Assembly (NCBI GenBank): GCA_035622275.1
Contig: DASPVQ010000001.1
Location: forward strand, 10,607 to 74,606
Source: Thermoplasmata archaeon
Lineage (GTDB): Archaea; Thermoplasmatota; Thermoplasmata; Lutacidiplasmatales; UBA184
DNA length: 64,000 nucleotides
Direction of reading: 5' to 3'
Shown here: positions 49,583 to 59,603 of the stretch, one piece after another
Position numbering within the stretch: the first letter of the stretch is position 1
How the letters are laid out: each line of letters opens with the position of its first letter
Notes under the pieces: model-generated
What the model was told of the DNA's origin: nothing
The model's input: the letters and a program-made list of their open reading frames with translations, nothing else
Database searches by the model: none
Made by a program: the position numbers and the translations under genes

Positions 49583-50557
49583 ATGTCGAACGCGCGCGAC
49601 GAGGGTCCGGTGGTCGTCACGGGCGGCGCTGGCGCCGTCGGGAGCGTTCTCGTGCGCCGGTTGCTCGCCGAGGGCCGCGAGGTTCGTGTCATTGACAATC
49701 TTTCGAGCGGCAAGCGGAGCCATCTGCCCCCCGTCGACGGCGCCCGCCTGTCGCTGACGGTCGCCGACATCAAGGCGCCCGAGCACTACGCCGAGCGGCT
49801 GGACGGGGCGACCGCGGTCTGGCACCTCGCGGCGAACACCGACATCCGCCGCGGCTCCGAGAATCCGCGGCTCGACCTCGAGGAGGGCACCGTCGCGACC
49901 GCCATCCTCCTCGACGAGGCGCGGCGCCACGACGTCCCCGCGATCCGCTTCTCCTCCTCGAGCGTCGTCTACGGCTGGCCCACCGTCTTCCCGACCCCCG
50001 AGGACTACGGCCCGCTGGAGCCGCAGTCGCTCTATGCCGCCGCCAAGCTCGCCGCGGAGGGCCTGTTGAGCGCGCACGCCCACAGCTACGGGATCACGGC
50101 CCACATCTTCCGGTTCACGAACGTGATCGGGCCCGGGATGACCCACGGCGTCCTCCACGACTTCTTCGAGAAGCTCGAGCGGGACCCGAAGCGGCTCGAG
50201 GTCCTGGGTGACGGCCGCCAGTCGAAGAGCTACCTGCGCACCGAGGACTGCGTGGACGGGATGCTGCTCGGCGCTCGCCGCGCGCACGACCGGGTGAACG
50301 TGTTCAACCTCGGCACGCCCGACCGCATCTCGGTCCGCGAGATCGCCGAGAAGGTCGTCGCGGCCCACGGGGGCCGCGCGCGCATCGAGTACACCGGCGG
50401 CGAGCGTGGCTGGGCCGGCGACGTTCCGCAACAGCTGCTCGCGATCGACCGGATCCGGCAGCTCGGCTGGACACCGCGCCACTCGAGCGCGGAGGCGATC
50501 GACCGGACGATCCGCGAGATGGTGGAGGCTCGGCTGGCGCGCTCGGGCCGCGCCTAG
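49583..50557 (+). CDS. NAD-dependent epimerase/dehydratase (UDP-sugar 4-epimerase-like)
   Basis: VVTGGAGAVGS Rossmann motif and a YxxxK region. M67 of ORF 49385..50557. Confidence 0.85.
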   Translation: MSNARDEGPVVVTGGAGAVGSVLVRRLLAEGREVRVIDNLSSGKRSHLPPVDGARLSLTVADIKAPEHYAERLDGATAVWHLAANTDIRRGSENPRLDLEEGTVATAILLDEARRHDVPAIRFSSSSVVYGWPTVFPTPEDYGPLEPQSLYAAAKLAAEGLLSAHAHSYGITAHIFRFTNVIGPGMTHGVLHDFFEKLERDPKRLEVLGDGRQSKSYLRTEDCVDGMLLGARRAHDRVNVFNLGTPDRISVREIAEKVVAAHGGRARIEYTGGERGWAGDVPQQLLAIDRIRQLGWTPRHSSAEAIDRTIREMVEARLARSGRA

Positions 50558-51591
50558 CCGCGCCGGTGGTCCTCGGCCGACTGCCGGTATGCCTCGACGT
50601 ATCGGCTCACGACCGACGGCCAAGAGTACCGCTCGCTCGCGACGCGTCGCGCTTCCTCCCCGAGGCGCCGGAGAAGGACCGGGTCGGCCGCCGCGGCCTG
50701 CGCGGCGGCTCGGAAGCTCGCGACGAACCGCGCCGGGTCGATGTCGTCCACGATCCAGCCGGTCCGCCCGCTCTCGACGACGCCCTCGAGCGTCGGGCCG
50801 CCGATCACGGGAAGCCCCGCGGCCAGACCCTGCACCACCGCGCCGGAGAGCAGTTCCGCCCGGCTCGGATGCACCAGGAGGTCGCTCTCGGCGTACCGCT
50901 GGGCGAGCTCCGCGTCGGTGACCTCGCCGGTGAGAGTTACCCCTTCGCCGGCCGCCCGGATCCGTTCGGCGTAGGCGCGGTCCGGCGTCGGACCCACGAT
51001 CGTGAGCCGAAGTCCCGTGCCCCGGAGCGCTTCAGCCGCGACCTCCCAGCGTTTGAACGGCGCGACGATCCCGACCCCCAGCGCGGCCCGGCCGTGTCGA
51101 CGCTCGGGCGCGGGCCGGAAGCGCTCGAGGTCGACCCCGAACGGGATCACGGCAATCGGCCGGCGCGTGACCCCGGTGGCGTTCGCGATCGTTCGGGCGA
51201 GCGCCGGCGTGAGCGCGACCGGTACGGCCGCCCGGCGGACCGCTCTCCGCTCGAGCCAGTAGCCCCAACGGTGCGTGAGTCGTTCCCGATAGTACCAGTG
51301 CCGGGAGTGCGTGGTGTAGACGAAGGGGCGCCGCCCGAGGGCGAGCCGGTTCGCGACGACCGGAGAGTTCGCGTGGAGCGCATCGTAGCGCTCGGCGCGC
51401 AGCAGCCGCGGAACCTGCCAGGCGAACGGGTACTCGTCGCGCTGGCGTCGGTGCCGCACCTGGTTCACGATGACGACCTCGTGACCGGCGGCGCGAAGGG
51501 CGCCCGCCAGGTCCGCGAGGAACCGCTCGATACCCCCGTAGCCGGTCGGGGGAATCGGCTGAACGCCGCTGCCGATCAGCACGACCCGCAC
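50554..51591 (-). CDS. glycosyltransferase family 1/4
   Basis: 345 aa with a GT-B fold pattern (GGIERF, EGFGLP-like region). Confidence 0.8.
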   Translation of the reverse strand: MRVVLIGSGVQPIPPTGYGGIERFLADLAGALRAAGHEVVIVNQVRHRRQRDEYPFAWQVPRLLRAERYDALHANSPVVANRLALGRRPFVYTTHSRHWYYRERLTHRWGYWLERRAVRRAAVPVALTPALARTIANATGVTRRPIAVIPFGVDLERFRPAPERRHGRAALGVGIVAPFKRWEVAAEALRGTGLRLTIVGPTPDRAYAERIRAAGEGVTLTGEVTDAELAQRYAESDLLVHPSRAELLSGAVVQGLAAGLPVIGGPTLEGVVESGRTGWIVDDIDPARFVASFRAAAQAAAADPVLLRRLGEEARRVASERYSWPSVVSRYVEAYRQSAEDHRRG

Positions 51592-51674
51592 GCCGGCGTC
51601 ACCGGTACTCGAGATTAAGCAGTACCGTCATTCTCGGTCGCTCGCTCCGTGCGGGGGGAGGCAGGGGAGCGTCG

Positions 51675-52499
51675 TTGGCAACCGTCTGCGTCGAGATCGC
51701 GGTCCTCGACGATCGTCGACTCCTCGTCGCGCTCGACTCGCTGGCCGGCCAGCGTCGCCGTCCGGACCGGGTGCTGATCGCCGCGTCGGTGGCGAGCCCG
51801 GGCGACCTCCTCGCCGCCGCCCAGGTGCGGACCCCGCAGCTCGCCGTGGAGGTCGCGCGCCTACCGGCCGGCGTGGTCGCGGCTCGCGCGGCCTCGCTGC
51901 CGCTCCTTCGGGAGGAGATCGTCGCGTTCCTCGATTCCGACGAGCGGGCGCCCGCCGGATGGCTGGGCGAGCTGGTCGCCCCGATCGAGCGGGGGGAGGC
52001 CGCGTTCACCGGCGGCCCCACGAGGCCCTCGCGCGACCCGCAGACCTCGATCGAGCGCTACGACGATCTGCTCGAACGTTCGATCTACGAGAATCTCGTG
52101 CCCCGGAGCATGACCTACGTCCCGCTCCAGAACACGGCGTGGCAGGCCTCGCTGCTCCGTCAGCTCGGCTTCGACTCCCGAATCCCCTATGCGGAGGACC
52201 ACGATCTCGAGCTCCGCGCGACGCGCGCCGGTGCGCGCGGCCTCTTCGTGCCGGAGGCCTGGGTCTATCACGACAAGAGCGGGCCCACGAGCCTGGGTCG
52301 GTGGGCGCTCAAGCGCTACCGCTATCTCGTCGCGATGGCGATGTCGCTCTACAAGAACGGGGAGCTCTCCGGCCGGCTGCGGGAGCGACGGCCGCCCGTG
52401 CGCCACCCCCTGCGCTACGTGGAGTCGCTCATGAAGCCGGTCGCGCTCGCCCACGCCTGGATCCGGTGGCGACGGGTCCGCAGCCGGCCCGCCGGCTGA
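51675..52499 (+). CDS. glycosyltransferase family 2
   Basis: TTG start. N-terminal VCVEIAVLDD and a DSDE (DxD) motif. Confidence 0.6.
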   Translation: MATVCVEIAVLDDRRLLVALDSLAGQRRRPDRVLIAASVASPGDLLAAAQVRTPQLAVEVARLPAGVVAARAASLPLLREEIVAFLDSDERAPAGWLGELVAPIERGEAAFTGGPTRPSRDPQTSIERYDDLLERSIYENLVPRSMTYVPLQNTAWQASLLRQLGFDSRIPYAEDHDLELRATRAGARGLFVPEAWVYHDKSGPTSLGRWALKRYRYLVAMAMSLYKNGELSGRLRERRPPVRHPLRYVESLMKPVALAHAWIRWRRVRSRPAG

Positions 52500-52550
52500 G
52501 CTCGCCCGCTACCGCGCCGCCGAGGTTTCGGCGACCGTTCGCGGAAAACC

Positions 52551-52555
52551 TTAAG
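52551..52555 (+). promoter_or_regulatory. CTTAAG TATA-like element upstream of the FKBP gene
   Basis: ~26 nt upstream of ATG 52579. Confidence 0.35.
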
Positions 52556-52578
52556 CGAGGGCCGGTGTCGGCGGGGCG

Positions 52579-53481
52579 ATGTCGTCCGAGGCGGCGCACT
52601 CGGGCGGGGTCACGCAGTCGGGCGACCTCGTCCATCTCGACTTCGACCTCTGGGCGGAGAGCGGCGGTCGCACCGACCTCATCGACTCCACCCATGAGGA
52701 CCTCGCCACGAAGGAGCACCTCCCGCGGTCCGAGGGAGCGAAGTGGGGACCGCGGCCGCACCTGATCGGCGGCGAGTACTTCCCGGCGGCGATCGAGGCG
52801 GCCCTGACCGGTGTCAAGGTCGGCGAGGAGATCGTGCGTGAGTTCGCCCCCGCGGACGCATTCGGCGATCGGGATCCGAACCTCATCGAGCTGTTCTCGA
52901 TGCACGAGATCCAGCGCCTGCCCGAGATGCGCCGGGAAGACGCGCATCTCGATCTGGGAATGATCCTGACGATCGAGGGTCGGCGTGGTCGCGTGGTCAC
53001 GCTCACGGCGGCGCGCGTGCGCGTCGACTTCAATCCTCCCTTTGCGGGCCGCAAGGTCAAGGGGACGTTCCGGGTGGTCGATCGGATCGCGGACGCCGCC
53101 GAGAAGGTCCGGGCCATCGTGGACCTCCAGTACGGCCGGGGTGCGGAGTTCCACATCGAGGCGAGCGAGAAGACGATCACGCTCCGCGTGCCGGATCGAT
53201 CCAAGTTCGACATCGCCTGGATGGCGACGAAGCCCCGCGTGATCGACCGATTGCGCACGACGCTGCACCCGCACGTGATCCGGGTGGTGGAGGAGTACGT
53301 CACGCCGTCCGGCGAGAAGACGGAGAAGAGCGCCGCTGCGGATGCGGCGCCCTCCGCGGCGACGGCATCGGCCGAGTCGACCGCCCCTCCCTCCCCTGAA
53401 GGCGCTGAGCCCGCGAAGCCGGCCCACCCGGCCCGCGCCCCGGCCAAGCACAGCGCCAAGGCGCCTGCGAAGGCCGACTGA
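52579..53481 (+). CDS. FKBP-type peptidyl-prolyl cis-trans isomerase, archaeal long type with insert-in-flap and C-terminal domains
   Basis: FKBP core (VHLDFDLW, GEEIVREFAPADAFG) followed by an Ala/Pro/Lys-rich tail. Confidence 0.8.
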   Translation: MSSEAAHSGGVTQSGDLVHLDFDLWAESGGRTDLIDSTHEDLATKEHLPRSEGAKWGPRPHLIGGEYFPAAIEAALTGVKVGEEIVREFAPADAFGDRDPNLIELFSMHEIQRLPEMRREDAHLDLGMILTIEGRRGRVVTLTAARVRVDFNPPFAGRKVKGTFRVVDRIADAAEKVRAIVDLQYGRGAEFHIEASEKTITLRVPDRSKFDIAWMATKPRVIDRLRTTLHPHVIRVVEEYVTPSGEKTEKSAAADAAPSAATASAESTAPPSPEGAEPAKPAHPARAPAKHSAKAPAKAD

Positions 53482-53546
53482 ACGGCCCCGCCACCTCCCG
53501 GGTACGAACCGGATAGGGTTGAAGGCGGATCGCCTCGGTGCCCTCG

Positions 53547-53672
53547 ATGGCGGACGATCCCAAGCGCGGCTCTCGCGTGTTCCTGGTGGTGACCTTCGCG
53601 GTCGCGATCGCGGTCGCGACCCTGATCATCTACTTCGGGATCTCCGGGCAGATCGGCGGCCCGATCCCGTGA
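53547..53672 (+). CDS. possible small membrane protein (41 aa)
   Basis: ATG ORF with a single hydrophobic helix. Below the ORF-track size cutoff. Confidence 0.25.
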   Translation: MADDPKRGSRVFLVVTFAVAIAVATLIIYFGISGQIGGPIP

Positions 53673-53725
53673 TGGGGCCGGTGCGAGCCGGGTCGAGATA
53701 AACCACCGGGCCGCTGGCGCCGGCC

Positions 53726-53857
53726 GTGAGCGCAGCCATCGCCTCGCCGATGGAGCCGGGGGAACGCGGGGCCAATCTCGGTTGGATCCTTGGGTTCGTC
53801 ACGATCGCGCTCGTGCTGGCGATCGGGGCCGGGCTCTGGTTCACCTTCCACCCGTAG
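53726..53857 (+). CDS. possible small membrane protein (35-43 aa)
   Basis: GTG 53726 or ATG 53750. Single hydrophobic helix. Overlaps the 3' end of the convergent methyltransferase gene. Confidence 0.2.
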   Translation: MSAAIASPMEPGERGANLGWILGFVTIALVLAIGAGLWFTFHP

Positions 53858-54407
53858 CCGCGGAGCCGGCGTCGGGTAACCTCGGGCGACGGTAGAGATA
53901 GACGTCGGTCGCGGGGTCGTAGACCTCCGCGGTCCAGCCGGGCACGGGGTGTACATAGCTCACGATCCGCGCGCCCGGCGGCAGCTCGCGCTCCAGCTTC
54001 GGGCGGAGGCGGTCCATCGCGCGGCCCCAGAGAAAGGTGGTGACGACACTGGCGGCCCGGAAGTCGAGCCGGAAGAAGTCCCCCCAGACGATCGCGATGC
54101 GATCGGCGAACGGGCCGAGCGCCCGGCGGACCCGCAGGATCAGCACCCGGACCGGCTCGACCTCGACCGCGACGACCCGCGCGCGGTAGACGCGGGCCGC
54201 CCGGAAGACGATGGAGCCCGTCCCCGCGCCCAGGTCGTAGACCGTGTCGCGCTCGCTGACCTCGGCGAGACGCAGCATCTCTTCGACCGAGCGCCGCGGC
54301 GTCGGCTGGTAGCCGGCGCCGAAGGCGAACGACGCGAACACGAAGTAGGCGACCGCCACCAGCGCGACGAACATCGCGAGGATCACGGCGACGGGCAGGA
54401 GGGGCAT
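53841..54407 (-). CDS. class I SAM-dependent methyltransferase with N-terminal TM helix
   Basis: VYDLGAGTGSIV SAM-binding motif I. Confidence 0.75.
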   Translation of the reverse strand: MPLLPVAVILAMFVALVAVAYFVFASFAFGAGYQPTPRRSVEEMLRLAEVSERDTVYDLGAGTGSIVFRAARVYRARVVAVEVEPVRVLILRVRRALGPFADRIAIVWGDFFRLDFRAASVVTTFLWGRAMDRLRPKLERELPPGARIVSYVHPVPGWTAEVYDPATDVYLYRRPRLPDAGSAATGGR

Positions 54408-54415
54408 CGATGGCC

Positions 54416-55375
54416 CTACCGCGCCCGCCGCTCGCGCCGGACCCGTTCGGCCGCGCTCTCGGGGTCCAGCTCGCGGGCGACGACCCGATCGACGAGGGCG
54501 CGCAGCCGGGGCTCACGCTCGAGCCGTGCCGTGAGCTCGTCCCCGATCCGGGCCCGGACGCGCTCTACGATCTCGACGGCGACGCGTCGGCGCTCGTCCG
54601 CGGCCCGCTGACCGGACTGGTCGAGAAACCGCTCGTGCGCCTCGATCGCGGTCCAGAGCTCGTCGATCCCGGTCGCCGGGTTCGTGGACGTGGCCACGAC
54701 CGACGGGGTCCACCCCGAGCGCGCGCCCAGATGGACGAGCTCCCGCAGGTCCCGCTCGGCCAGCTCCGCGCCGGGCAGATCGGATTTGTTCACGCAGAAG
54801 ACGTCCGCGATCTCGAAGAGGCCGGCTTTGAGGGTCTGCACTTCATCGCCGAGGTGCGGCACGAGCACCACGACGCGCGTCGAGGCGACGTCGCGGATCG
54901 CGAGATCGACCTGACCGCTCCCCACCGTCTCGACGAGGACGACGTCGAACCCGGCGGCGTCCATGAGGCGGGCGACCTCGCGCGTCGCCGCAGCAATGCC
55001 ACCCTCTTCCCCGCGGCTCGCCATGGAGCGGAAGAAGACGCCGGTGTCGTGCGCGCTTCGATCGAAGCGGATCCGGTCGCCCAGGACCGACCCGCCGCTG
55101 AAGGGGCTCGACGGGTCGACCGCGATCACCGCCACGGTGCGGTCGAGCGCGCGCAGCCGGTTGACGAGCAGGTTGATCAGGCTCGACTTGCCGACGCCGA
55201 GCGGACCGGTGATCCCGATCACCGGCGCCCGACCGGTGCGAGGGAACAGGGCGCGCGAGATTGCGACGGCGGCCGGATCTCGGTCCTCCACCTGGGAGAT
55301 CGCTCGGGCGAGGACTCGACGGTCGCCGGACCGGATCGCCCGCGCGGCCGCGGGCAGCGGGGCCCGTCGCGTCAT
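54416..55375 (-). CDS. meaB: methylmalonyl-CoA mutase-associated GTPase MeaB/ArgK
   Basis: P-loop GPLGVGKSS plus the G3/G4 motifs of the ArgK family. Confidence 0.9.
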   Translation of the reverse strand: MTRRAPLPAAARAIRSGDRRVLARAISQVEDRDPAAVAISRALFPRTGRAPVIGITGPLGVGKSSLINLLVNRLRALDRTVAVIAVDPSSPFSGGSVLGDRIRFDRSAHDTGVFFRSMASRGEEGGIAAATREVARLMDAAGFDVVLVETVGSGQVDLAIRDVASTRVVVLVPHLGDEVQTLKAGLFEIADVFCVNKSDLPGAELAERDLRELVHLGARSGWTPSVVATSTNPATGIDELWTAIEAHERFLDQSGQRAADERRRVAVEIVERVRARIGDELTARLEREPRLRALVDRVVARELDPESAAERVRRERRAR

Positions 55376-55788
55376 GCGCTCGCGCGCGCCAGATTCCGAG
55401 CGGTCGATACGATTTCCTCGAGCGAGCTCCCTGGACCGAAGATCGCCCGGATGCCGGCCCGCCGCAATCGGCGAGCGTCCTCGTCCGGGATGATCCCGCC
55501 GGCGAAGACGGGGATGCCCCCGGCCTTCTCCCGCTTGAGCAGGTTGAGCACCTTCGGAAACAGGGCCATGTGAGCGCCGGACAGGATCGATAGGCCGATC
55601 AGGTCCACGTCCTCCTCGAGCGCGGCGCGTACGATCTCCTCGGGGGTCTGGCGAAGCCCCGCGTAGATCACTTCCATCCCCGCGTCCCGCAGCGCGCGAG
55701 CCACGACCTTCGCGCCGCGATCATGTCCGTCCAAGCCGGGCTTGGCGATCAGCACCCGGATCGGCGTCGCCTTCGGGGACTTTGCCAT
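55372..55788 (-). CDS. methylmalonyl-CoA mutase C-terminal cobalamin-binding subunit
   Basis: DxHxxG B12-binding motif ([10 protein letters not shown]). Start at the internal ATG (MAKSPK). Confidence 0.9.
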   Translation of the reverse strand: MAKSPKATPIRVLIAKPGLDGHDRGAKVVARALRDAGMEVIYAGLRQTPEEIVRAALEEDVDLIGLSILSGAHMALFPKVLNLLKREKAGGIPVFAGGIIPDEDARRLRRAGIRAIFGPGSSLEEIVSTARNLARASA

Positions 55789-55812
55789 CGGCGTCCTTCG
55801 CACGTACGACGG

Positions 55813-55822
55813 GACCCGCGGA
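55813..55822 (-). promoter_or_regulatory. T-rich element (CCTTTTTTCC on the minus strand) between the prepilin peptidase stop and the B12-subunit start
   Basis: An oligo-T run ~25 nt after the upstream stop, typical of archaeal terminators. It also sits ~29 nt upstream of the next start, where a TATA box would be. Confidence 0.35.
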
Positions 55823-55848
55823 AAAAAGGTTTCGCGTGGACCCTCGGC

Positions 55849-56754
55849 TCACGCCAGCGCCACCAGGTCGAGCACCAGGTTGCCCGCGAGGAGCGTGAGC
55901 ACGGCGCCGACGGCCATGACCACGAGGAACGGGATTTGGGGGGTCACCCAGACGGTCTCGACCCCCTTCGCCGTCAGCTCCTGCGCGAGCCGGGCGCGCA
56001 GCTGTCGATCCTCCTCCGAGGTCTCGACGTCCGCCGCGTTCGACCGCATGGGGTTCTCGAGCCAGACATAGCGCTCGGGCAGCTCCCGGACCGGTATCCG
56101 GTAGCCGGAGAATCCGCCCGGGAAGTGGAACTCCTTGCGCGCCACGTTCCGCAGCCCGATGGCGAGCGGAATCGCGAGCGAGACGAGCGCCGCGTTGGTC
56201 AGCAGGTCCAGGGAGAAGGGGACCCAGCCCAGAACACCGGCGAGGGTCCCGCCGAGCGGCCATGCGACCGCGGTGAACGTCGGCACGAGGACCCCGGCGA
56301 TCATCAGGGCTTTCGCGTCGGCCCCACCGTAGAGAACGCCCGCCTCGAAGAGCCCGCGGGCGAGGAGGATGCTCGCGAGCAGGGCCACGACCGCCCAGGG
56401 CACCTCGCTCGGTCCGACGCCGACCCGGACGACCGCGATGGCGACGGCCGCCACCACGACGGCGTACGCGACCGCTTCGATGCCGTCCGCGAGCCGGTCC
56501 GCGCGCTCGCCGAGCAGGTCGTCCCAGGGGAACATGTGTTCGAGCGCGAGGCCCCCGACGAGGAGCCACAGGGCGGTCGGCAGCAGCCCTCCGCCACCGA
56601 ACGCCACCGCGCCGAGCGCCACCCCGATCAGGCCCAGCCACTGCCAGAGCCGGTCGGTGACCTCCCGGTCCTTGAGATCGGACCACGCCGCGAAGCCGAA
56701 ACCGGCGACCAGGGCGGCCAGCTGGGCCCCGAGGATCCCTTCGGCGAGGCTCAC
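55849..56754 (-). CDS. A24-family aspartic prepilin/preflagellin peptidase
   Basis: Polytopic membrane protein with catalytic Asp motifs (SDLKDREVTD and GGADAKAL). Confidence 0.8.
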   Translation of the reverse strand: MSLAEGILGAQLAALVAGFGFAAWSDLKDREVTDRLWQWLGLIGVALGAVAFGGGGLLPTALWLLVGGLALEHMFPWDDLLGERADRLADGIEAVAYAVVVAAVAIAVVRVGVGPSEVPWAVVALLASILLARGLFEAGVLYGGADAKALMIAGVLVPTFTAVAWPLGGTLAGVLGWVPFSLDLLTNAALVSLAIPLAIGLRNVARKEFHFPGGFSGYRIPVRELPERYVWLENPMRSNAADVETSEEDRQLRARLAQELTAKGVETVWVTPQIPFLVVMAVGAVLTLLAGNLVLDLVALA

Positions 56755-56841
56755 GCGCCCGACTCCCCCTCTCGGCGGACGCGACGCGGGGCGGACCTCT
56801 TAAGCCCCCGCTTGGGCGCGCAGCCCGCGCGGGGAAGTCGC

Positions 56842-56849
56842 TTATTTTA
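56842..56849 (+). promoter_or_regulatory. TTATTTTA box
   Basis: ~29 nt upstream of ATG 56875. Confidence 0.45.
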
Positions 56850-56874
56850 GCCATCGTGGACTCGTCAGAGCGCA

Positions 56875-57765
56875 ATGACGACGAGCGGCCCGGCCGGACC
56901 GGACACGGACCGGGCCCGGGGCCGACGGCGTCGCTGGACGGCGGGTGTCGCCGCGGCCGCGCTCACGGCGATCGTCGTCGTCGCCGGACTGTACGTGGGT
57001 GGCTACCTGGGCGCGCACCCGGGCGCGAGCCTTCCTCCGTACCTGACGTTCTCCCAAGCGGCCTCGGCAGCCGAGTCGCGATCCGGCTCGGCGGCCGGGG
57101 GTCCCTGGTTCGGCGTCGCCGCGGACGCGATCGTCACTCCGGTCGCGGTGCTCGAGCCGGCCGCGAACCTCACCTCGCTCTTAGGACTCGCCGACTGCAC
57201 CGTCAACTGGACCTCGGGCATGCCCTCGAACCTGGCGGTCCCCGCGACGGCCGCGACCGCCGAGCTGGGGACCGCGGCCTACTGGACCGTCCTGCTGAAG
57301 AACGCGACCAACGCGCTGCTCGTCGACTCGGTCTCGCAGGGAAAGGCGGCGTCGCTGGCGACACTGACCGGCGGTGACTGCGCCCGACTCGCCGGCTCGC
57401 TGCTCAGCTTCGGGGCCGGCCTCGTCGATTCCCCCCAAGCGGTCTCGGCGGCGAACGCAATGGGCGGCGCGAGCTTCCTCGACCGATATCCGAACGCGTC
57501 CGAGACCTGGGCCGTGGCGGGCGGCTTCTCCCTCGGGGGCATCCTGACGACCAGCCCGGAGTGGCTGCTCGAGTACACCACCTGCAGCTTCCCGCCAGCC
57601 GCGGGGGCCCAGGGCCTCGCGTTCAACGCCACGGTCGGCGGGACCTCCGGCGTGGTGACGAACCACACGAGCGGTCCGGTCTCCTGCTCGCTCACGATAC
57701 CCTCGGGGCTCACCCTCGGGCTGCCGGCGCCGACCGGCCCGCCGGTCGTCGGCAAAGCTATTTAA
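56875..57765 (+). CDS. secreted/surface protein with N-terminal membrane anchor and six N-glycosylation sequons
   Basis: R-rich then hydrophobic N-terminus. Thr/Ser/Gly/Ala-rich with NLT, NWT, NAT, NAS, NAT, NHT sequons. Divergent from the prepilin peptidase gene. Confidence 0.55.
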   Translation: MTTSGPAGPDTDRARGRRRRWTAGVAAAALTAIVVVAGLYVGGYLGAHPGASLPPYLTFSQAASAAESRSGSAAGGPWFGVAADAIVTPVAVLEPAANLTSLLGLADCTVNWTSGMPSNLAVPATAATAELGTAAYWTVLLKNATNALLVDSVSQGKAASLATLTGGDCARLAGSLLSFGAGLVDSPQAVSAANAMGGASFLDRYPNASETWAVAGGFSLGGILTTSPEWLLEYTTCSFPPAAGAQGLAFNATVGGTSGVVTNHTSGPVSCSLTIPSGLTLGLPAPTGPPVVGKAI

Positions 57766-57768
57766 ATA
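57761..57768 (+). promoter_or_regulatory. TTTAAATA box for rps6e, overlapping the stop codon of the upstream gene
   Basis: 30 nt upstream of ATG 57798. Confidence 0.55.
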
Positions 57769-57797
57769 GCCTCCAACTCCGCGGCCGCGCTCGCGCC

Positions 57798-58175
57798 ATG
57801 GTCGAGTACAAGCTCGTCATCTCGGACCGCGACCGGTCGATCGCCCGGACGGTCGGCGATCCCCAGGCGGCCGGCTTCCTGGGCAAGCGGATCGGGGAGT
57901 CGATCGGCGGCGAGCTGATCGGCGCAACGGGCTACACCTTTCGCATCACCGGGGGCACCGACAAGAGCGGCTTCCCGCTGCGGCCCGATCTTCCCGGCGC
58001 GCGTCAGACCCGGCTCTATGTCGGGGACGGATTCGGATTCCACGCCCCCCGCCACGGCATGCGCAAGCGACGAACGTTCCGCGGCAATACGGTCAGTGAG
58101 GACACGGTCCAGATCAACCTGATCGTGGAGCAGAAGGGCGGCAAGCCGCTCGCGGAGCTGTTCGCCGCGTCATGA
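57798..58175 (+). CDS. rps6e: 30S ribosomal protein S6e
   Basis: 125-aa S6e pattern (KLVISDRDRSIARTV...GFPLR). Confidence 0.9.
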   Translation: MVEYKLVISDRDRSIARTVGDPQAAGFLGKRIGESIGGELIGATGYTFRITGGTDKSGFPLRPDLPGARQTRLYVGDGFGFHAPRHGMRKRRTFRGNTVSEDTVQINLIVEQKGGKPLAELFAAS

Positions 58176-59407
58176 AGGTCCCACGCCAGCCCGAGGTGAA
58201 CATCGGCCTCGTCGGCCACGTCGACCACGGCAAGACGACGCTCACTCAGGCGCTGACGGGCGAGTGGACCGACCGCCACTCCGAGGAGCTCAAGCGCGGG
58301 ATCTCGATCAAGCTCGGCTACGCGGACACCGCGTTCTACCGGTGCCCCAACGACCCTCCGCCGACCTGCTTCTCGACCCAGCCGACGTGCCCGAACTGTG
58401 GCGCGGAGGGCCAGTTCCTGCGCGCGGTCTCGTTCGTCGACGCGCCGGGGCACGAGACGCTGATGGAGACGATGCTGTCGGGCGCTGCCATCATGGACGG
58501 GGCGCTCCTCCTCGTCGCCGCGAACGAGAAGGTCCCCCAGCCGCAAACGCGCGAGCATCTCTACGCGCTCGACATCATCGGAGTGCGCAAGGTGGTGGTC
58601 GTCCAGAACAAGATCGACCTGGTCTCTTCCGAGGCGGCCGAGGAGAACCACCGCGAGACGGTCGACTTCCTCAAGTCGTCGCCGCTCGCGAACGCGCCCG
58701 TGGTTCCGGTCAGCGCCAACCACCGGGTGAACGTCGACGCGCTGATCGAGGCGATCGAGGCGACGATCCCGACTCCGCCCCGCGACCTCACGAAACCGCC
58801 CCTGATGTACGTGGCCCGCTCCTTCGACATCAATCGGCCCGGCACGCGGCCACGGGACCTGAAGGGCGGCGTGCTCGGCGGTTCGCTGCTCCAGGGCCGG
58901 ATCGCCGTCGGGGAGGACATCGAGATCCGACCGGGCCCTTCGGGCGCGGCGAACGGCCAGTCCGAGTCGCTCACGACCACCGTCGCGTCGATCGTCTCCG
59001 GGGGCCAGGAGTGGCCGGAGCTCCGACCCGGTGGCCTCGCGGCGATCGGGACGGGCCTCGACCCGGCGCTCGCGAAAGCCGATGGCCTGACCGGCCGCCT
59101 TGTCGGCAGCGCCGGCACGCTGCCGCCGCTGACGCAGAAGATCCGCCTGAAGGCGACCCTGCTCGACCGGGTCCTCGGGGCGCAGCGGGAGATCAAGGTC
59201 GAAAAGATCCGTACGAGCGAGTTGCTCGCGATCACCGTCGGCACCACCGTCGCGAGCGGCAAGGTCACGAGCGCGCGGGGGGACGAGGTGGAGCTGGCGC
59301 TGAACCGCGCCGTGACCGTGTTCCCGGGGAGCCGGGTCGCGATCTCGCGCCGACTCAATGCCTGGCGGCTGATCGGTTACGGGATCGTGGAGGGCGGCGC
59401 GAAGTGA
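58172..59407 (+). CDS. eif2g: translation initiation factor 2 subunit gamma (aIF2-gamma)
   Basis: ATGA overlap. GHVDHGKTTL G1 motif, zinc ribbon CPNDPPPTCFSTQPTCPNCG, NKIDL. Confidence 0.95.
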   Translation: MKVPRQPEVNIGLVGHVDHGKTTLTQALTGEWTDRHSEELKRGISIKLGYADTAFYRCPNDPPPTCFSTQPTCPNCGAEGQFLRAVSFVDAPGHETLMETMLSGAAIMDGALLLVAANEKVPQPQTREHLYALDIIGVRKVVVVQNKIDLVSSEAAEENHRETVDFLKSSPLANAPVVPVSANHRVNVDALIEAIEATIPTPPRDLTKPPLMYVARSFDINRPGTRPRDLKGGVLGGSLLQGRIAVGEDIEIRPGPSGAANGQSESLTTTVASIVSGGQEWPELRPGGLAAIGTGLDPALAKADGLTGRLVGSAGTLPPLTQKIRLKATLLDRVLGAQREIKVEKIRTSELLAITVGTTVASGKVTSARGDEVELALNRAVTVFPGSRVAISRRLNAWRLIGYGIVEGGAK

Positions 59408-59586
59408 AGCCCGATCTGCTCGAGATCCTTCGCTGCCCGGTCTGCCGCGGCGAGCTCGGGCTGGTCACCCGGCGGACCGAGGGCGACGAGATCGTCGACG
59501 GCACGCTCACGTGCGCGCGGTGCCGCGTCGACTACCCGATCGCCGATGGGATCCCGGACCTGTTGCCACCGGACGAGCGCGACTGA
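59404..59586 (+). CDS. Trm112-like zinc-ribbon protein (UPF0434/DUF343)
   Basis: GTGA overlap. LLEILRCPVCRG...CARCRVDYPIADGIPDLL. Confidence 0.8.
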   Translation: MKPDLLEILRCPVCRGELGLVTRRTEGDEIVDGTLTCARCRVDYPIADGIPDLLPPDERD

Positions 59587-59603
59587 GCGGATCGACCGCC
59601 CGC

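Noticed and set aside
49261-49773. Full 170-aa ORF on the minus strand
   Set aside because: The upstream ~95 codons overlap the epimerase start and its TATA box and are Ser/Thr/Pro/Arg junk. Only the C-terminal 74 aa look protein-like.
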